Shown: piece after piece, positions 10,141 through 20,358 of the stretch | Position numbering within the stretch: the first letter of the stretch is position 1 | How the letters are laid out: every line of letters begins with the position of its first letter | Assembly (NCBI GenBank): GCA_045606785.1 | Contig: JAZUSN010000017.1 | Span: 187 to 64,186 of the forward strand | Origin: Acutalibacteraceae bacterium | GTDB taxonomy: Bacteria; Bacillota; Clostridia; Oscillospirales; Acutalibacteraceae | Direction of reading: 5' to 3' | DNA length: 64,000 nucleotides | Notes under the pieces: generated by a model | The model's input: the letters and a program-made list of their open reading frames with translations, nothing else | The model's database searches: none | What the model was told of the DNA's origin: nothing | Position numbers and translations under genes: made by a program

Positions 10141-11760
10141 ATGAAACGATCCTTCAAGTTTACCGCACTGATTCTCACTTTGGCGATTATGCTGACTTCG
10201 CTGTGCGTTTTTGCATTTGCTCAGGACAGCAAAAACTACTATTACATCGACTCGGTTTCGGGTGACGATGCAAACAGCGGCTTAACGGAAAGCGAAGCTG
10301 TTAAGACGATCGCAGGCCTTAAAGACCTGCACATAGGCCCCGGAACGCACTTCCTTTTCAGAAGCGGCGGTGAATACGACTGTGCCGTAACACTCACCTG
10401 CAGCGGCACAAAAGACAACCCCGTGGTTATCTCGTCATACGGTGAAGGCGAAAAGCCCTTGCTTTATACAAATGATAATACAGAGGTCTTCAGGTTTTTC
10501 GACTGTTCATATCTCACGCTTTCAAACGTACATATCAAAGCTCCAAACGGCGGCGGAGTCTGGATAGATACGTATAATCAGACATCGGTAGGCATTACGA
10601 TAGACAACGTGTATTTTGAGGATATGCAAAACTACAAAGTACACTACCGTGACGATTTTTCAAACGGTGCAGCCCGCGCAAGAGCTGCAGTTATGGTTAA
10701 GGGTCTGCCCGCAAGATCACGCTACGCAGTAAACGACCTGACAATAACAAACTGTGAGGTTTATAACTGCGGTAACGGCTTTATGATCTGGGGCTCCTGG
10801 AACGACAGCCAGACACCCTGGTGCGAAACCGAAGAAGAGATCGACCCCATATACAACACCGGTATGCTCATTAAGGGCTGCTATTTCCACGAAATGGACG
10901 CCGAGGCTGTTGTTGTCGGCATGTGTGACGGCGCACTCGTTACCCATTGCCGCGCGATCAACTGCTGTCAGGGCGAGGGAGTTGACGAAAACGGCGAAAT
11001 CGAATATTTCACAGCCGCAATGTGGTTCTGGGGAAGCGAAAACAGTACAATACAGTACTGTGAGATCGCAGGACAGAAAAACGTCGGCGACGGAATGGCT
11101 GTTGACTTTGACTCACACACGAACAACTGCACATATCAGTACATCTACTCACACGACAATATGCGCTTTATGTGTAACAACCCCAATTACAGCGGTCACA
11201 GCGGCAACACCGTGAGGTACTGCCTCTCCGTCAACGACAACAAGGGCCGCTCAACAACAGCCGTAGGCGCTTGCGGCGAGCACAACTTCAGCTTTTACAA
11301 CAACACAATCATAAACTGCGGCGAATTCCAGTTCAAAAACCTTTATAACGCATACATCGCAAACAACGTTATCGTACCCATGCAGGGCTCTACTTTCGCT
11401 TATGACGTTGACTCCTCAAGAAACAACGTATTTGAAAACAACTGCTACTATAACGTCATTAATCCGCTCGTTGATTTGGGTGCACTCAACGTTCTGCCCG
11501 GCTTTGCAGGCACGGATTACACCAACCCCGAAAGCTTTAAACTCTCTGCAGACTCACCGCTCATCGGTGCCGGTGCTGCGACACACGGTGTTGAAACCGA
11601 CTTTTTCGGCAACAGCATTGAGAGTGTAAATATCGGCTGCTACGCAGGAACAGGCACAGACACGGAATATAAGCCTGAAGGATTTTTCGAAAGAATCATC
11701 CGCTTGATAAGAAACTTTTTTGAAACAATCAGACACGAAATCGCGGTTATATTCGACTGA
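10141..11760 (+). CDS. Secreted right-handed parallel beta-helix repeat protein (pectate-lyase fold) with amphipathic C-terminal tail
   Basis: Signal peptide MKRSFKFTALILTLAIMLTSLCVFAFA. Repeated N/C/G-rich beta-helix rungs (ITNCEVYNCGNGF, VTHCRAINCCQGEG). The tail is EGFFERIIRLIRNFFETIRHEIAVIFD. Confidence 0.8.
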   Translation: MKRSFKFTALILTLAIMLTSLCVFAFAQDSKNYYYIDSVSGDDANSGLTESEAVKTIAGLKDLHIGPGTHFLFRSGGEYDCAVTLTCSGTKDNPVVISSYGEGEKPLLYTNDNTEVFRFFDCSYLTLSNVHIKAPNGGGVWIDTYNQTSVGITIDNVYFEDMQNYKVHYRDDFSNGAARARAAVMVKGLPARSRYAVNDLTITNCEVYNCGNGFMIWGSWNDSQTPWCETEEEIDPIYNTGMLIKGCYFHEMDAEAVVVGMCDGALVTHCRAINCCQGEGVDENGEIEYFTAAMWFWGSENSTIQYCEIAGQKNVGDGMAVDFDSHTNNCTYQYIYSHDNMRFMCNNPNYSGHSGNTVRYCLSVNDNKGRSTTAVGACGEHNFSFYNNTIINCGEFQFKNLYNAYIANNVIVPMQGSTFAYDVDSSRNNVFENNCYYNVINPLVDLGALNVLPGFAGTDYTNPESFKLSADSPLIGAGAATHGVETDFFGNSIESVNIGCYAGTGTDTEYKPEGFFERIIRLIRNFFETIRHEIAVIFD

Positions 11761-11786
11761 TTACCGCCACAAGGTAGTGATACAAG

Positions 11787-12860
11787 ATGAAAGCTAAAAA
11801 AATAGGAGAAGCCAAAACCATACTCTCCAACACCTGCAGCCATCACGGCTATTTTGCGTGGCCGACGGTTGCAGTTCTGCAGGACGGCAAAATTGCAGTA
11901 GGCGCATCAGGCTTCAGGCTTGAGCACGTTTGTCCTTTCGGTAAGGCAGTTATATCATACAGCTTTGACGGCGGCGAAACCTATACCCTACCCGCACCGG
12001 TCATCGACACCCCTCTCGATGACAGAGATGCCGGTATATGTACATTCGGCGAAAGCGGCGTTATATTCACCTCGTTCAACAACTCCGCACAAATGCAGCG
12101 TGACTACAATAAAGATAACCGCTACGTACAAAGCTATATCGACACCATTACACCCGAGGATGAAGAGAAATATCTGGGTTCAACGTTCAGAATAAGCCGC
12201 GACTGCGGTATCACCTTTGGTGAACTTCACCGCTCACCTATCACCTCCCCTCACGGCCCCGTTCAGCTTAAGGACGGTACTGTTATATGGGCAGGCACAA
12301 GGTTTGACAACATTTTCGGCGGTGTGGAGGTGCACCGTGTTGATACGCAGAGCGGTAAAACCGAGCTTATCGGCAGGATAACCTCCCAAGACAAAAACGT
12401 AGTGCTCAACGAGCCGCATCTGCTCGAGCTGCCCGAAGGACGACTCATCTGCCATATCAGAGCTGAAAACTCCGAGCTGTTTGAAGGTGGTGACGAATCG
12501 CTGTTTACGGTTTTCCAGAGTGTTTCCGATGACGGCGGAAAAACCTGGAGCGAGCCTGTGATGCTTCTTGACAAAACGGGAGGCGCACCGCCGCACCTTA
12601 TCCTGCTCTCAACGGGTGAGCTTGTATGCGCATACGGCAGACGTAAAAAGCCGTACGGCATTATGGCTATGGTAAGCCTCGACGGCGGTGAGAGCTGGCA
12701 GACAGATATTCCTATCTGCGATAATCTTGCAACGGATGACCTTGGCTACCCGACAACAGTTGAGCTTGAAGACAGCGTACTGCTTACCGTTTTTTACGAC
12801 AATGCAGGTGAAGACCTGCCATGCAGAATCAGACAGCAGAAGTGGAAACTGATTCGCTGA
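11787..12860 (+). CDS. BNR/Asp-box repeat beta-propeller protein (sialidase-like), cytoplasmic
   Basis: Asp-box motifs SFDGGETY, SDDGGKTWSEP and SLDGGESWQ. 357 aa with no signal peptide. Confidence 0.8.
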   Translation: MKAKKIGEAKTILSNTCSHHGYFAWPTVAVLQDGKIAVGASGFRLEHVCPFGKAVISYSFDGGETYTLPAPVIDTPLDDRDAGICTFGESGVIFTSFNNSAQMQRDYNKDNRYVQSYIDTITPEDEEKYLGSTFRISRDCGITFGELHRSPITSPHGPVQLKDGTVIWAGTRFDNIFGGVEVHRVDTQSGKTELIGRITSQDKNVVLNEPHLLELPEGRLICHIRAENSELFEGGDESLFTVFQSVSDDGGKTWSEPVMLLDKTGGAPPHLILLSTGELVCAYGRRKKPYGIMAMVSLDGGESWQTDIPICDNLATDDLGYPTTVELEDSVLLTVFYDNAGEDLPCRIRQQKWKLIR

Positions 12861-12876
12861 TAACTTATTGAGATTA

Positions 12877-12914
12877 AAAACCTACTGCAAATCACTGTGC
12901 AGTAGGTTTTAATT
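12877..12914 (+). terminator. Rho-independent terminator
   Basis: AAAACCTACTGCA / TGCAGTAGGTTTT stem followed by a T-rich tail. Confidence 0.8.
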
Positions 12915-12976
12915 ATATGTTTGACAAGCTTACCGAAAATGTTATAATAAGAAAAAAGAACTAAGGGTGATGAAAA

Positions 12977-14905
12977 ATGTTCACACGGATAATCGCAATA
13001 ATAATTAGCTTTTTCTCTGCTGTTTCCGCGCCTTTTTCACAGCTTTTTTCTGAGATTGAGCTGAAAAGTGAGCTTGCAAAAGGCAGCTATGAAAGCCCGT
13101 ATATTGTAAGGCCGCTTGAAAGCATAACGGTTAACGGTGTATCCATTGACGAATACTGCATTGTTATCCCCGACAGCGACAACGCGCTGTATTCAAATGC
13201 TGCAGATACGCTCTGCAACGAGCTTTACAAGGCTTGCGGAGTAAAAATCACAACAGCCGAATCCGCAAACGAAAAGGCATTTATCATCTGTGAAGAGCTC
13301 TACAGCACCGACACCTTCAGCCTTAAGGTTGAAAACGGAACTGTATATATCAAGGGCAGCTCAAATGTCGGCATTTCAAGAGGTATATCAGCTTTCGCAG
13401 ATGAGGTTTTGCTCAATACAAAGGGCAGCTTCGACTTTAAAGACGGCTACGAATACAGCAAGAAATTCGCAGACTACGTAACGTATGAGGCCTTCGGCGC
13501 TGTCGGTGACGGCAAGGCTGATGACCTTGAAGCAATCGTTAAAACCCACAACTATGCAAACGAAAACTCACTGAGCGTTTTTGCAAACGAGACTGCTACC
13601 TACTACATAGGCGGCACCAACAAGACGGCTACTATAAAAACCGATGTCAGCTGGTCAACCGCGAGGTTTATAATTGATGACACTCAGGTTGAAAACAGAA
13701 GTGCGTGGGTATTCAACATTGCCCCTTCACAGGGCGGAATCAACATAACCGACAGGGTATCTCCGCTAAAATCCGATGCCTCAAATATCGGCACAACACT
13801 TGAGAGCAAAAGCCTTGTTGTGCTGACAGATTCCAACGTCAAGCGTTACATCCGCAAGGGAGCCAACCAGAATTCGGGCAGCAACCAATCTGACGTTATA
13901 ATCGTTGACGAAAACGGCAGCATTTCACCCGACACACCACTTATCTGGGACTTTGATGCAATTACCGGCGCTACGGCTTACCCCATAGACCCGGAGACGC
14001 TGACAATCAAGGGCGGCATATTCACAACCTATGCAAACGGCGCCGCATCCGAATACACCTACTACACGAGAGGAATTCAGGTAAGGCGGTCAAATACTGT
14101 TATAGACGGCCTGTATCACGGTATCGAGAAAGAGGGCAAAACGGGTGCACCGTATTCAGCCTTTGTCAGCCTCTCCTGCTGTGCTGACGTGACGGTTAAA
14201 AACTGCACGTTCACAGGCCACAAAAAGTATTCCACAATCGGCTCTGCAGGCACCTCGGTTACAATGGGCACGTACGATATCGGTGCCGCTACGTCGGTAA
14301 ACGCAAAATTCATCAACTGCAAGCAGACAAACGATATAACCGATAACGATTACTGGGGAATCGCAGGCACAAACTACTGCAAGAATCTCGTATATGACGG
14401 CTGTGCATTCTCGCGCTTTGATGCCCACCAAGGTGTGCTCAACGCAACGGTTATCAACTCCGTTCTCGGTCACCACGGCATCAAGCTCATCGGCAGCGGA
14501 ACTGCTCTGATTGAAAACACCACCGTTTTGTCCGACAGCTTTGTTGACCTGCGCTCCGATTACGGCTCAACCTGGAACGGAGAGCTTATCATACGCAACT
14601 GCAGATTCTTCCCCACGGGTGTGGCAAGCCACATCATAAAGGCAGAAAACAGCGAAGACCACGACTTCGGCTACACCTGTTACCTGCCCGAAAGGGTTGA
14701 AATTGACGGTTTATTCGTGCACAGAATCGGTATCAATTACCTTTTTACAAAGGTTAACCCGAACCGCAAATCAGACTCGTACAGCGCAGAATATCCCGTT
14801 GTTACACCTAAAGAAATAACGGTTAAGGATTTCAGCTGTCTGTTCTTCGGCGAGCTCAAGGTTTCGCAGAACAAGGCTATGTTTGACGTTGAAATAACAG
14901 CATAA
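12977..14905 (+). CDS. Membrane-anchored or secreted pectate-lyase-superfamily (Pectate_lyase_3-type) beta-helix protein
   Basis: Hydrophobic N-terminus MFTRIIAIIISFFSAVSAPF. YEAFGAVGDGKADDLEAIVKTHNYAN resembles the GAxGDGxTDD motif that opens GH28/GH55-like beta-helix domains. Confidence 0.75.
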   Translation: MFTRIIAIIISFFSAVSAPFSQLFSEIELKSELAKGSYESPYIVRPLESITVNGVSIDEYCIVIPDSDNALYSNAADTLCNELYKACGVKITTAESANEKAFIICEELYSTDTFSLKVENGTVYIKGSSNVGISRGISAFADEVLLNTKGSFDFKDGYEYSKKFADYVTYEAFGAVGDGKADDLEAIVKTHNYANENSLSVFANETATYYIGGTNKTATIKTDVSWSTARFIIDDTQVENRSAWVFNIAPSQGGINITDRVSPLKSDASNIGTTLESKSLVVLTDSNVKRYIRKGANQNSGSNQSDVIIVDENGSISPDTPLIWDFDAITGATAYPIDPETLTIKGGIFTTYANGAASEYTYYTRGIQVRRSNTVIDGLYHGIEKEGKTGAPYSAFVSLSCCADVTVKNCTFTGHKKYSTIGSAGTSVTMGTYDIGAATSVNAKFINCKQTNDITDNDYWGIAGTNYCKNLVYDGCAFSRFDAHQGVLNATVINSVLGHHGIKLIGSGTALIENTTVLSDSFVDLRSDYGSTWNGELIIRNCRFFPTGVASHIIKAENSEDHDFGYTCYLPERVEIDGLFVHRIGINYLFTKVNPNRKSDSYSAEYPVVTPKEITVKDFSCLFFGELKVSQNKAMFDVEITA

Positions 14906-14907
14906 AG

Positions 14908-14941
14908 AAAATCTCCACGGTTTACACCGTGGAGATTTTTG
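14908..14941. terminator. Bidirectional terminator between convergent genes
   Basis: AAAATCTCCACGG / CCGTGGAGATTTT perfect stem. Confidence 0.85.
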
Positions 14942-14944
14942 TTA

Positions 14945-15820
14945 TTATTTATCAATTGAGTAATGTCTGATATTGACGGAAATCAGCTTATCGTAATCCG
15001 CTACGTGGATAAATGAGCCATCCTCCATCGGATAAACGGTGAGTCCCTCTGCTTCGTGGTCACGTCCGCTTACCGTTCTTTCAAACAGATTCTTAACTTC
15101 ACCTGTTTTAACATCAACCGTCTGGACAATTTCAGTTGCAGAGCCGGAAACGTCGTAGGACATATAAAGCAGTCCGTCATAATACTCTGCACCCTGTATT
15201 CTGTCAACAGGCTCTGAAAGCATGATCTTATGAGAGAATGTCATATCCTCAAGGTTGTATGCAAGAATACAGTCTGTTTCGTGGAAGGGTGAAGTGTAGA
15301 GATAGCCGTTATCCGCATCAACCGCACAGTAAGGAATACCGTCATCAAGGTATTCTGTGCCCAGGTCATAATACTCACCCGTATACTCGAGTGTTTCCGC
15401 ATCGTAGATTAGGATGAGGTTATACGTATCGGTTTCATCCTCTGTTGCGGCGTAAATCTTGCCGTCGTAGTAGCTGATACCGCCGATATGATCGCTGTTA
15501 TATTTTTCTTTGATATCCTTAGGAATGGCGAAATGAGTATAAGTAACACGCTCAAAGCCGTCAACCGTCCACTTTGCCATACCTACAAGGTCAAGAGCAG
15601 AAATTGAACCCGCCGTATAGTAATATTCACCGTCTGTCGTGATTCCCTGGCTCATGAGCAACGCTCTGTCAAGTGTAAACTTATCTGTTCTGACAAGCTC
15701 CGCATTGGGCGAGCAGGTAATATCGCCGCCGTTGATAACGCCTGAAAGCATAATGATAAAAGCGCTGAAAAGTGCCCAACCGGGATAAAGTACGGATTTA
15801 ATAATTTTCCAGATAAACAT
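14945..15820 (-). CDS. Membrane-anchored hypothetical protein, beta-propeller-like repeats
   Basis: N-terminal TM segment YPGWALFSAFIIMLSGVI. Recurring YYDG-x-(I/L)Y-type blades (ISYYDGKIYA, AEYYDGLLYM, DNGYLYT). No family recognised. Confidence 0.65.
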   Translation of the reverse strand: MFIWKIIKSVLYPGWALFSAFIIMLSGVINGGDITCSPNAELVRTDKFTLDRALLMSQGITTDGEYYYTAGSISALDLVGMAKWTVDGFERVTYTHFAIPKDIKEKYNSDHIGGISYYDGKIYAATEDETDTYNLILIYDAETLEYTGEYYDLGTEYLDDGIPYCAVDADNGYLYTSPFHETDCILAYNLEDMTFSHKIMLSEPVDRIQGAEYYDGLLYMSYDVSGSATEIVQTVDVKTGEVKNLFERTVSGRDHEAEGLTVYPMEDGSFIHVADYDKLISVNIRHYSIDK

Positions 15821-15841
15821 TGTACAGCCTCCGATATTTTT

Positions 15842-16888
15842 TTATTTAGTGATAAGCTCCTTCTCTTTTTCCTGCGGCTTCGGTGTTTTTCTTGCAATTG
15901 TCGGAAGCTCGAGGATTTTGAGCACGAGAGAATTGAGCCACTTGTTTGAAAGCAACAGCGTTACAAGGAACGCGAGCGGGAAGATTATCCATATCATCTG
16001 CTCACCGATATCCTCAATCGTAAAGCCGATTGCCTCAAACGTAGTATAGATGATATACATAACGAAAAAGTGGAAAATATACACAGACAGCGTATACTGA
16101 CCGAGCCTTGCGATATGTCCTTTACCGATCTTGTTGGGCGTGAGGATGATAAAGCACGCGCAAGCAATAACTGAAACCGCATAGCAGGCAAGGCGGATGA
16201 GCGGACCGAAATCAGCGAGCTCGTTGAGCTTTGCATAAGGATGCTGGAACACAAACATCGGTCTGAGAACGTACAGCTCCTTGAAGGTAAACGCAACCCA
16301 GATAAGCACACCGATAAGCGCTGCCGCACACACCTTTTTTATTGTGCCGCGGCTGAACTTCTCGAGCTTTTTGGGATCCATACAGTAGCCTGCATAGTAG
16401 AAAGGATAGAGAACTATTATTCTTGACAGAACGAAGAGATTGTTTATCTCCTCATCATAGCCTGCAAACAAACTTAACAGAACCGAAAAAATCAGAACGT
16501 AAGCAGGCTTGAAGCGGCTTGTATAAACCGTGACCGTTGCAAACACAAACAACGCAAACATAAACCACGGTATGCCCGACTCGCGCAGAACAAAGAACCT
16601 GAACCTCTGCAGGAATATGGCATCGTATGTAAAAGCAAGAACCTTTGAAACAAAGAAAAGCACGAGATAGCCTACGATTTTATCCCATTTTCTCTCGTTA
16701 ACCATACGCTTCGAGAACAGACCCGAAATAAAAATAAACAGCGGCATATGGAAAGTATAAATGAGAAGATACAGGCTTTGCGTAAATTCGTTTTCTTTGG
16801 CGTGAACATCTGCAAAGTGGCCAAGCACAACGCAGAACATCAGGAAAAGCTTGAGCAGATCCCATTTCTGAATACGGTTGCCCATCAA
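15842..16888 (-). CDS. Acyltransferase family 3 (integral-membrane O-acyltransferase)
   Basis: N-terminus RIQKWDLLKLFLMFCVVLGHF and about 10 hydrophobic segments are typical of Acyl_transf_3. Confidence 0.85.
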   Translation of the reverse strand: MMGNRIQKWDLLKLFLMFCVVLGHFADVHAKENEFTQSLYLLIYTFHMPLFIFISGLFSKRMVNERKWDKIVGYLVLFFVSKVLAFTYDAIFLQRFRFFVLRESGIPWFMFALFVFATVTVYTSRFKPAYVLIFSVLLSLFAGYDEEINNLFVLSRIIVLYPFYYAGYCMDPKKLEKFSRGTIKKVCAAALIGVLIWVAFTFKELYVLRPMFVFQHPYAKLNELADFGPLIRLACYAVSVIACACFIILTPNKIGKGHIARLGQYTLSVYIFHFFVMYIIYTTFEAIGFTIEDIGEQMIWIIFPLAFLVTLLLSNKWLNSLVLKILELPTIARKTPKPQEKEKELITK

Positions 16889-17060
16889 AAAATCACCTTT
16901 AAAAAGTATTTATGTAAAAGAACACTATTAATGATATTACACCATTTAACCAAAAAATGTCAAGGCTGTTGAGATAATTGTAAAGTCGGCGGCACTTGTT
17001 ATTTATCGGTGCGTATGCTATTATTTACACAGCACAGATAAAGAGAGAGGCAGGGATAAA

Positions 17061-18113
17061 ATGTTTGAAGAGCTTTTAAAAACAGAATCAAGCTGGGAAA
17101 AACTAAAGCACTCTCCCCTGCCGATTGCGGTTTACGGCACGGGCAACGGAGCTGACCGCGTATTCAGCGAGTTTGAAAGGCTGGGAATAACAGCTTCTGC
17201 CGTAATTGCAAGCGACGGTTTTGTAAGGAAACGCACTTTTCGCGGCTTTGAGGTGAAATCCGTATCGCAGGCTGAAGCTCAATTCGGCGATTTCACCGTT
17301 GCGCTGTGCTTTGCAAGCCCCTTACCGCAAGTGATTGAGAACATCAAAGCTTTGTCCGAAAAGCACAGGGTAATTATGCCGTCTGTGCCTGTTTTCGGCG
17401 ATAATATTTTCGACAAAGATTTTCTCAAGAAAAATCTTAAAGAAATTGAAAAGGCTTATTCTCTGCTCGCTGACGCCCAATCCAAAAAGGTATTCGAAAA
17501 CATTATCCGCTTTCAGATTACGGGCGAGCTAAATTACTGCTTTGATTGCGAAAGCGCAAAGGACGAGGCGTATTCGCTGCTTGACCTCGGCGAAAACGAG
17601 AGCTTTCTTGACCTTGGTGCTTACCGAGGCGACACGGTCGAGGAATTTTTGAAGTATGCAAAGTCTTTCGAAAAAATAGTTGCGGTCGAGCCCGATACAA
17701 GAACATTCAAAAAGCTCAGCGCTAATTGCGAATCATTGGATAACTGCATACTGCTGAACAATGCCGTATGGTCACGCAACTGCACGCTAAACTTTGACGG
17801 CAACAAGGGCAGAGGTGCATCCGCCAAGGCTGACGGCACACAGACGCAGGCGATATGTGTCGATTACCTGTTTGAAAAATACGGAAACTTCACCTTCCTT
17901 AACATCGACATTGAGGGTGCAGAGGGTGAAATGCTCAAGGGTGCTGCAAATGCGCTGAAAACCAAACCGAAGCTTTGTATGGCAGCGTACCACAGAAGCG
18001 AAGATATTTTTGAGCTTATTAACAAAATAAATGGAATAAATCCGGATTACAGATTTTATCTTCGTCATCACCCGCACATTTCATTCTGGGACACCAACAT
18101 TTACTGCATCTGA
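17061..18113 (+). CDS. FkbM-family SAM-dependent methyltransferase
   Basis: FLDLGAYRGDTVEEFLKY...VAVEPDTRTFKKL...NAVWS...FLNIDIEGAEGEMLKGA matches the FkbM methyltransferase core. Confidence 0.8.
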   Translation: MFEELLKTESSWEKLKHSPLPIAVYGTGNGADRVFSEFERLGITASAVIASDGFVRKRTFRGFEVKSVSQAEAQFGDFTVALCFASPLPQVIENIKALSEKHRVIMPSVPVFGDNIFDKDFLKKNLKEIEKAYSLLADAQSKKVFENIIRFQITGELNYCFDCESAKDEAYSLLDLGENESFLDLGAYRGDTVEEFLKYAKSFEKIVAVEPDTRTFKKLSANCESLDNCILLNNAVWSRNCTLNFDGNKGRGASAKADGTQTQAICVDYLFEKYGNFTFLNIDIEGAEGEMLKGAANALKTKPKLCMAAYHRSEDIFELINKINGINPDYRFYLRHHPHISFWDTNIYCI

Positions 18114-18141
18114 AACCAAACTGAACATACGGAGGAGAATT

Positions 18142-20301
18142 ATGGAATATAAGAGAATTCTCAAGGACGACTGGAAGGCAAAATGGATATGGCTTGATGA
18201 AGAAAAAGCAAATAAAAACGTATGGCTTTACTTTAACAAAACAGTAAATATCGGAAGCGTGCCCGACAGACTTATTGCCGAAATCGCAGCTGAAAACAAA
18301 TATTGGCTCTACATAAACGGTGAATGTGTAATACGCGAGGGTGGACTCAAACGAGGTCCCACTCCGACGGGCTGCTATTTTGACGAGGTTGATATTTCTT
18401 CTTATCTTCACGAGGGTGAAAACCTTATAAGCGTACTCGTATGGTACTGGGGTAACGAAGCGAGCTACTCGAGCACCGATGCAGGCTGCGGAGGTCTGCT
18501 TTTCGAGGCGGAGAGTGCAGGGATTTCAATTCTTTCCGACAGCAGCTGGAGCGCAGTCAAGAGCCCTGCTTTTCTTGAGGATAAGGGCAAGCTGCAGCCA
18601 AACTACAGACTGCCCGAAAGCAACATATATTTTGACGCACGCAAGGAAATCGAAGGCTGGAACAAACCCGGCTACGATTTTTCGGGCTGGGCAAAGGCTG
18701 ATGAATACGGCATCGGCGGTACAGCTCCCTGGGGCGAAACCTACAGCCGTGATATTCCGCTGTTCAAGGATTTCGGATTGGGTGACTATGAAAACAGCAA
18801 AGATTTTGAGGGTATAAGCTTTAAGCTGAAGAAAAAGATTACACTCAAAGTGCCCTACAACGCTCAGCTCACGCCCTACCTTAAGGTTGAGGCAAAGGCA
18901 GGCAAGAAAATAGTTATCACAACCGAAAACACGTACATGGGTTCAATCCACAGCACCTACGTTACAAAGCAGGGTGTTCAAGAGTTTGAGTCCCCTGCGT
19001 GGTTTAACGGTGAAATGATAACCTATGAAATTCCCGCGGGAGTTAAAATCATCAGCCTCAAATACCGTGAAAGCGGCTATAACACCGAATTCTGCGGCAG
19101 CTTCACCTGCGAAAGCGCAGATATGAACACGCTGTGGCAAAAGGCACTTCGCACGCTGTACGTTACGATGAGAGACAACTTTATGGACTGCCCCGACAGA
19201 GAAAGGGCACAATGGTGGGGTGACGTTACAAACGAAATGATGCTGACAATGTACAGCCTTGCCCCCTCGTCATACGCCCTGTATCTCAAGGGCGTCAACA
19301 CAATGCTCGCATACACAGACCCGAAAACAAAGGTGCTGCAGACTGTTGTGCCGATCAAAAACGATTATTTTGAACTGCCCTGCCAACAGCTTGCAGGCGT
19401 ATGCGGATTCTGGACATACTATATGTACACTGCCGACAAGGAGCTTATCGAAAAGGTTTACGGCGCATCACTCGACTACATCAACCTCTGGAATATCGCC
19501 GAGAGCGGACTTGTTGAGCACAGAGAGGGCTCGTGGGACTGGAAAGACTGGGGCGATAAAATTGACGAAGCACCCCTTGAAAACGCCTGGTATTACTACG
19601 CCTTATCGGCTGTTAAAAACATGGCAGAGCTGCTCTGCGACGAAAGCACCGCAAACGAGCTTGACAACAGAATGAAAGCTCTTTACATCGCATACCAATC
19701 AATGTGGACGGGCGACGGCTACAAGAGTGACAAAAACGAAGGCTATGACGACAGAGGCAATGCGGTTGCCGTGCTTTCGGGACTTTGCAGTAAAGACAAA
19801 TACGAAAAAATAAAAAACACAATTTTCAACATAAGAAACTCAAGCCCGTATATGGAACATTACGTGCTCGAAGCCCTGTGCACAATGGGCGAATTTGAGC
19901 TTGCGGAGAAAAGAATGTGCGAGCGCTACAACGAGATGATAGAAGAAGATTACTCTACGCTGTGGGAAAACTGGGTAAAGCTCGACGGCACGTCAAACCA
20001 CGCCTGGTCGGGCGGACCGCTTGTTGTGATGAGCCGGCATATTGCAGGCATAAAGCCGCTTACGGCAGGATACGGAAAAACCGAAATCAGACCGCAGTAC
20101 AGCCTGCATAGCAGAATCTCCTGCACGGTGCCTGCATGCATCGGCGAAATCAAGCTTGACTACAAACGCGACGGCGATAAGGCGTTAATCAACCTCACCT
20201 ACCCCGAATGCACGCAGGTGACGCTTCATCTGCCCGAAAACGCTGTTGTAACGGCAAACGGAAAAGCAGTTGAAGCAAACGGTAAAACGGTAATAATATA
20301 A
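18142..20301 (+). CDS. GH78-like six-hairpin glycosidase, cytoplasmic paralog of 5403..7742
   Basis: 719 aa with no signal peptide. It shares long identical blocks with the 5403..7742 product (LRTLYVTMRDNFMDCPDRERAQWWGDVT, VPYNAQLTPYLK, NSSPYME-YVLEALC). Confidence 0.8.
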   Translation: MEYKRILKDDWKAKWIWLDEEKANKNVWLYFNKTVNIGSVPDRLIAEIAAENKYWLYINGECVIREGGLKRGPTPTGCYFDEVDISSYLHEGENLISVLVWYWGNEASYSSTDAGCGGLLFEAESAGISILSDSSWSAVKSPAFLEDKGKLQPNYRLPESNIYFDARKEIEGWNKPGYDFSGWAKADEYGIGGTAPWGETYSRDIPLFKDFGLGDYENSKDFEGISFKLKKKITLKVPYNAQLTPYLKVEAKAGKKIVITTENTYMGSIHSTYVTKQGVQEFESPAWFNGEMITYEIPAGVKIISLKYRESGYNTEFCGSFTCESADMNTLWQKALRTLYVTMRDNFMDCPDRERAQWWGDVTNEMMLTMYSLAPSSYALYLKGVNTMLAYTDPKTKVLQTVVPIKNDYFELPCQQLAGVCGFWTYYMYTADKELIEKVYGASLDYINLWNIAESGLVEHREGSWDWKDWGDKIDEAPLENAWYYYALSAVKNMAELLCDESTANELDNRMKALYIAYQSMWTGDGYKSDKNEGYDDRGNAVAVLSGLCSKDKYEKIKNTIFNIRNSSPYMEHYVLEALCTMGEFELAEKRMCERYNEMIEEDYSTLWENWVKLDGTSNHAWSGGPLVVMSRHIAGIKPLTAGYGKTEIRPQYSLHSRISCTVPACIGEIKLDYKRDGDKALINLTYPECTQVTLHLPENAVVTANGKAVEANGKTVII

Positions 20302-20358
20302 CTGTTGCGCAAAATTGAATATTGCTATATAATTATAAAAAATGAGCGGAGAATAACT

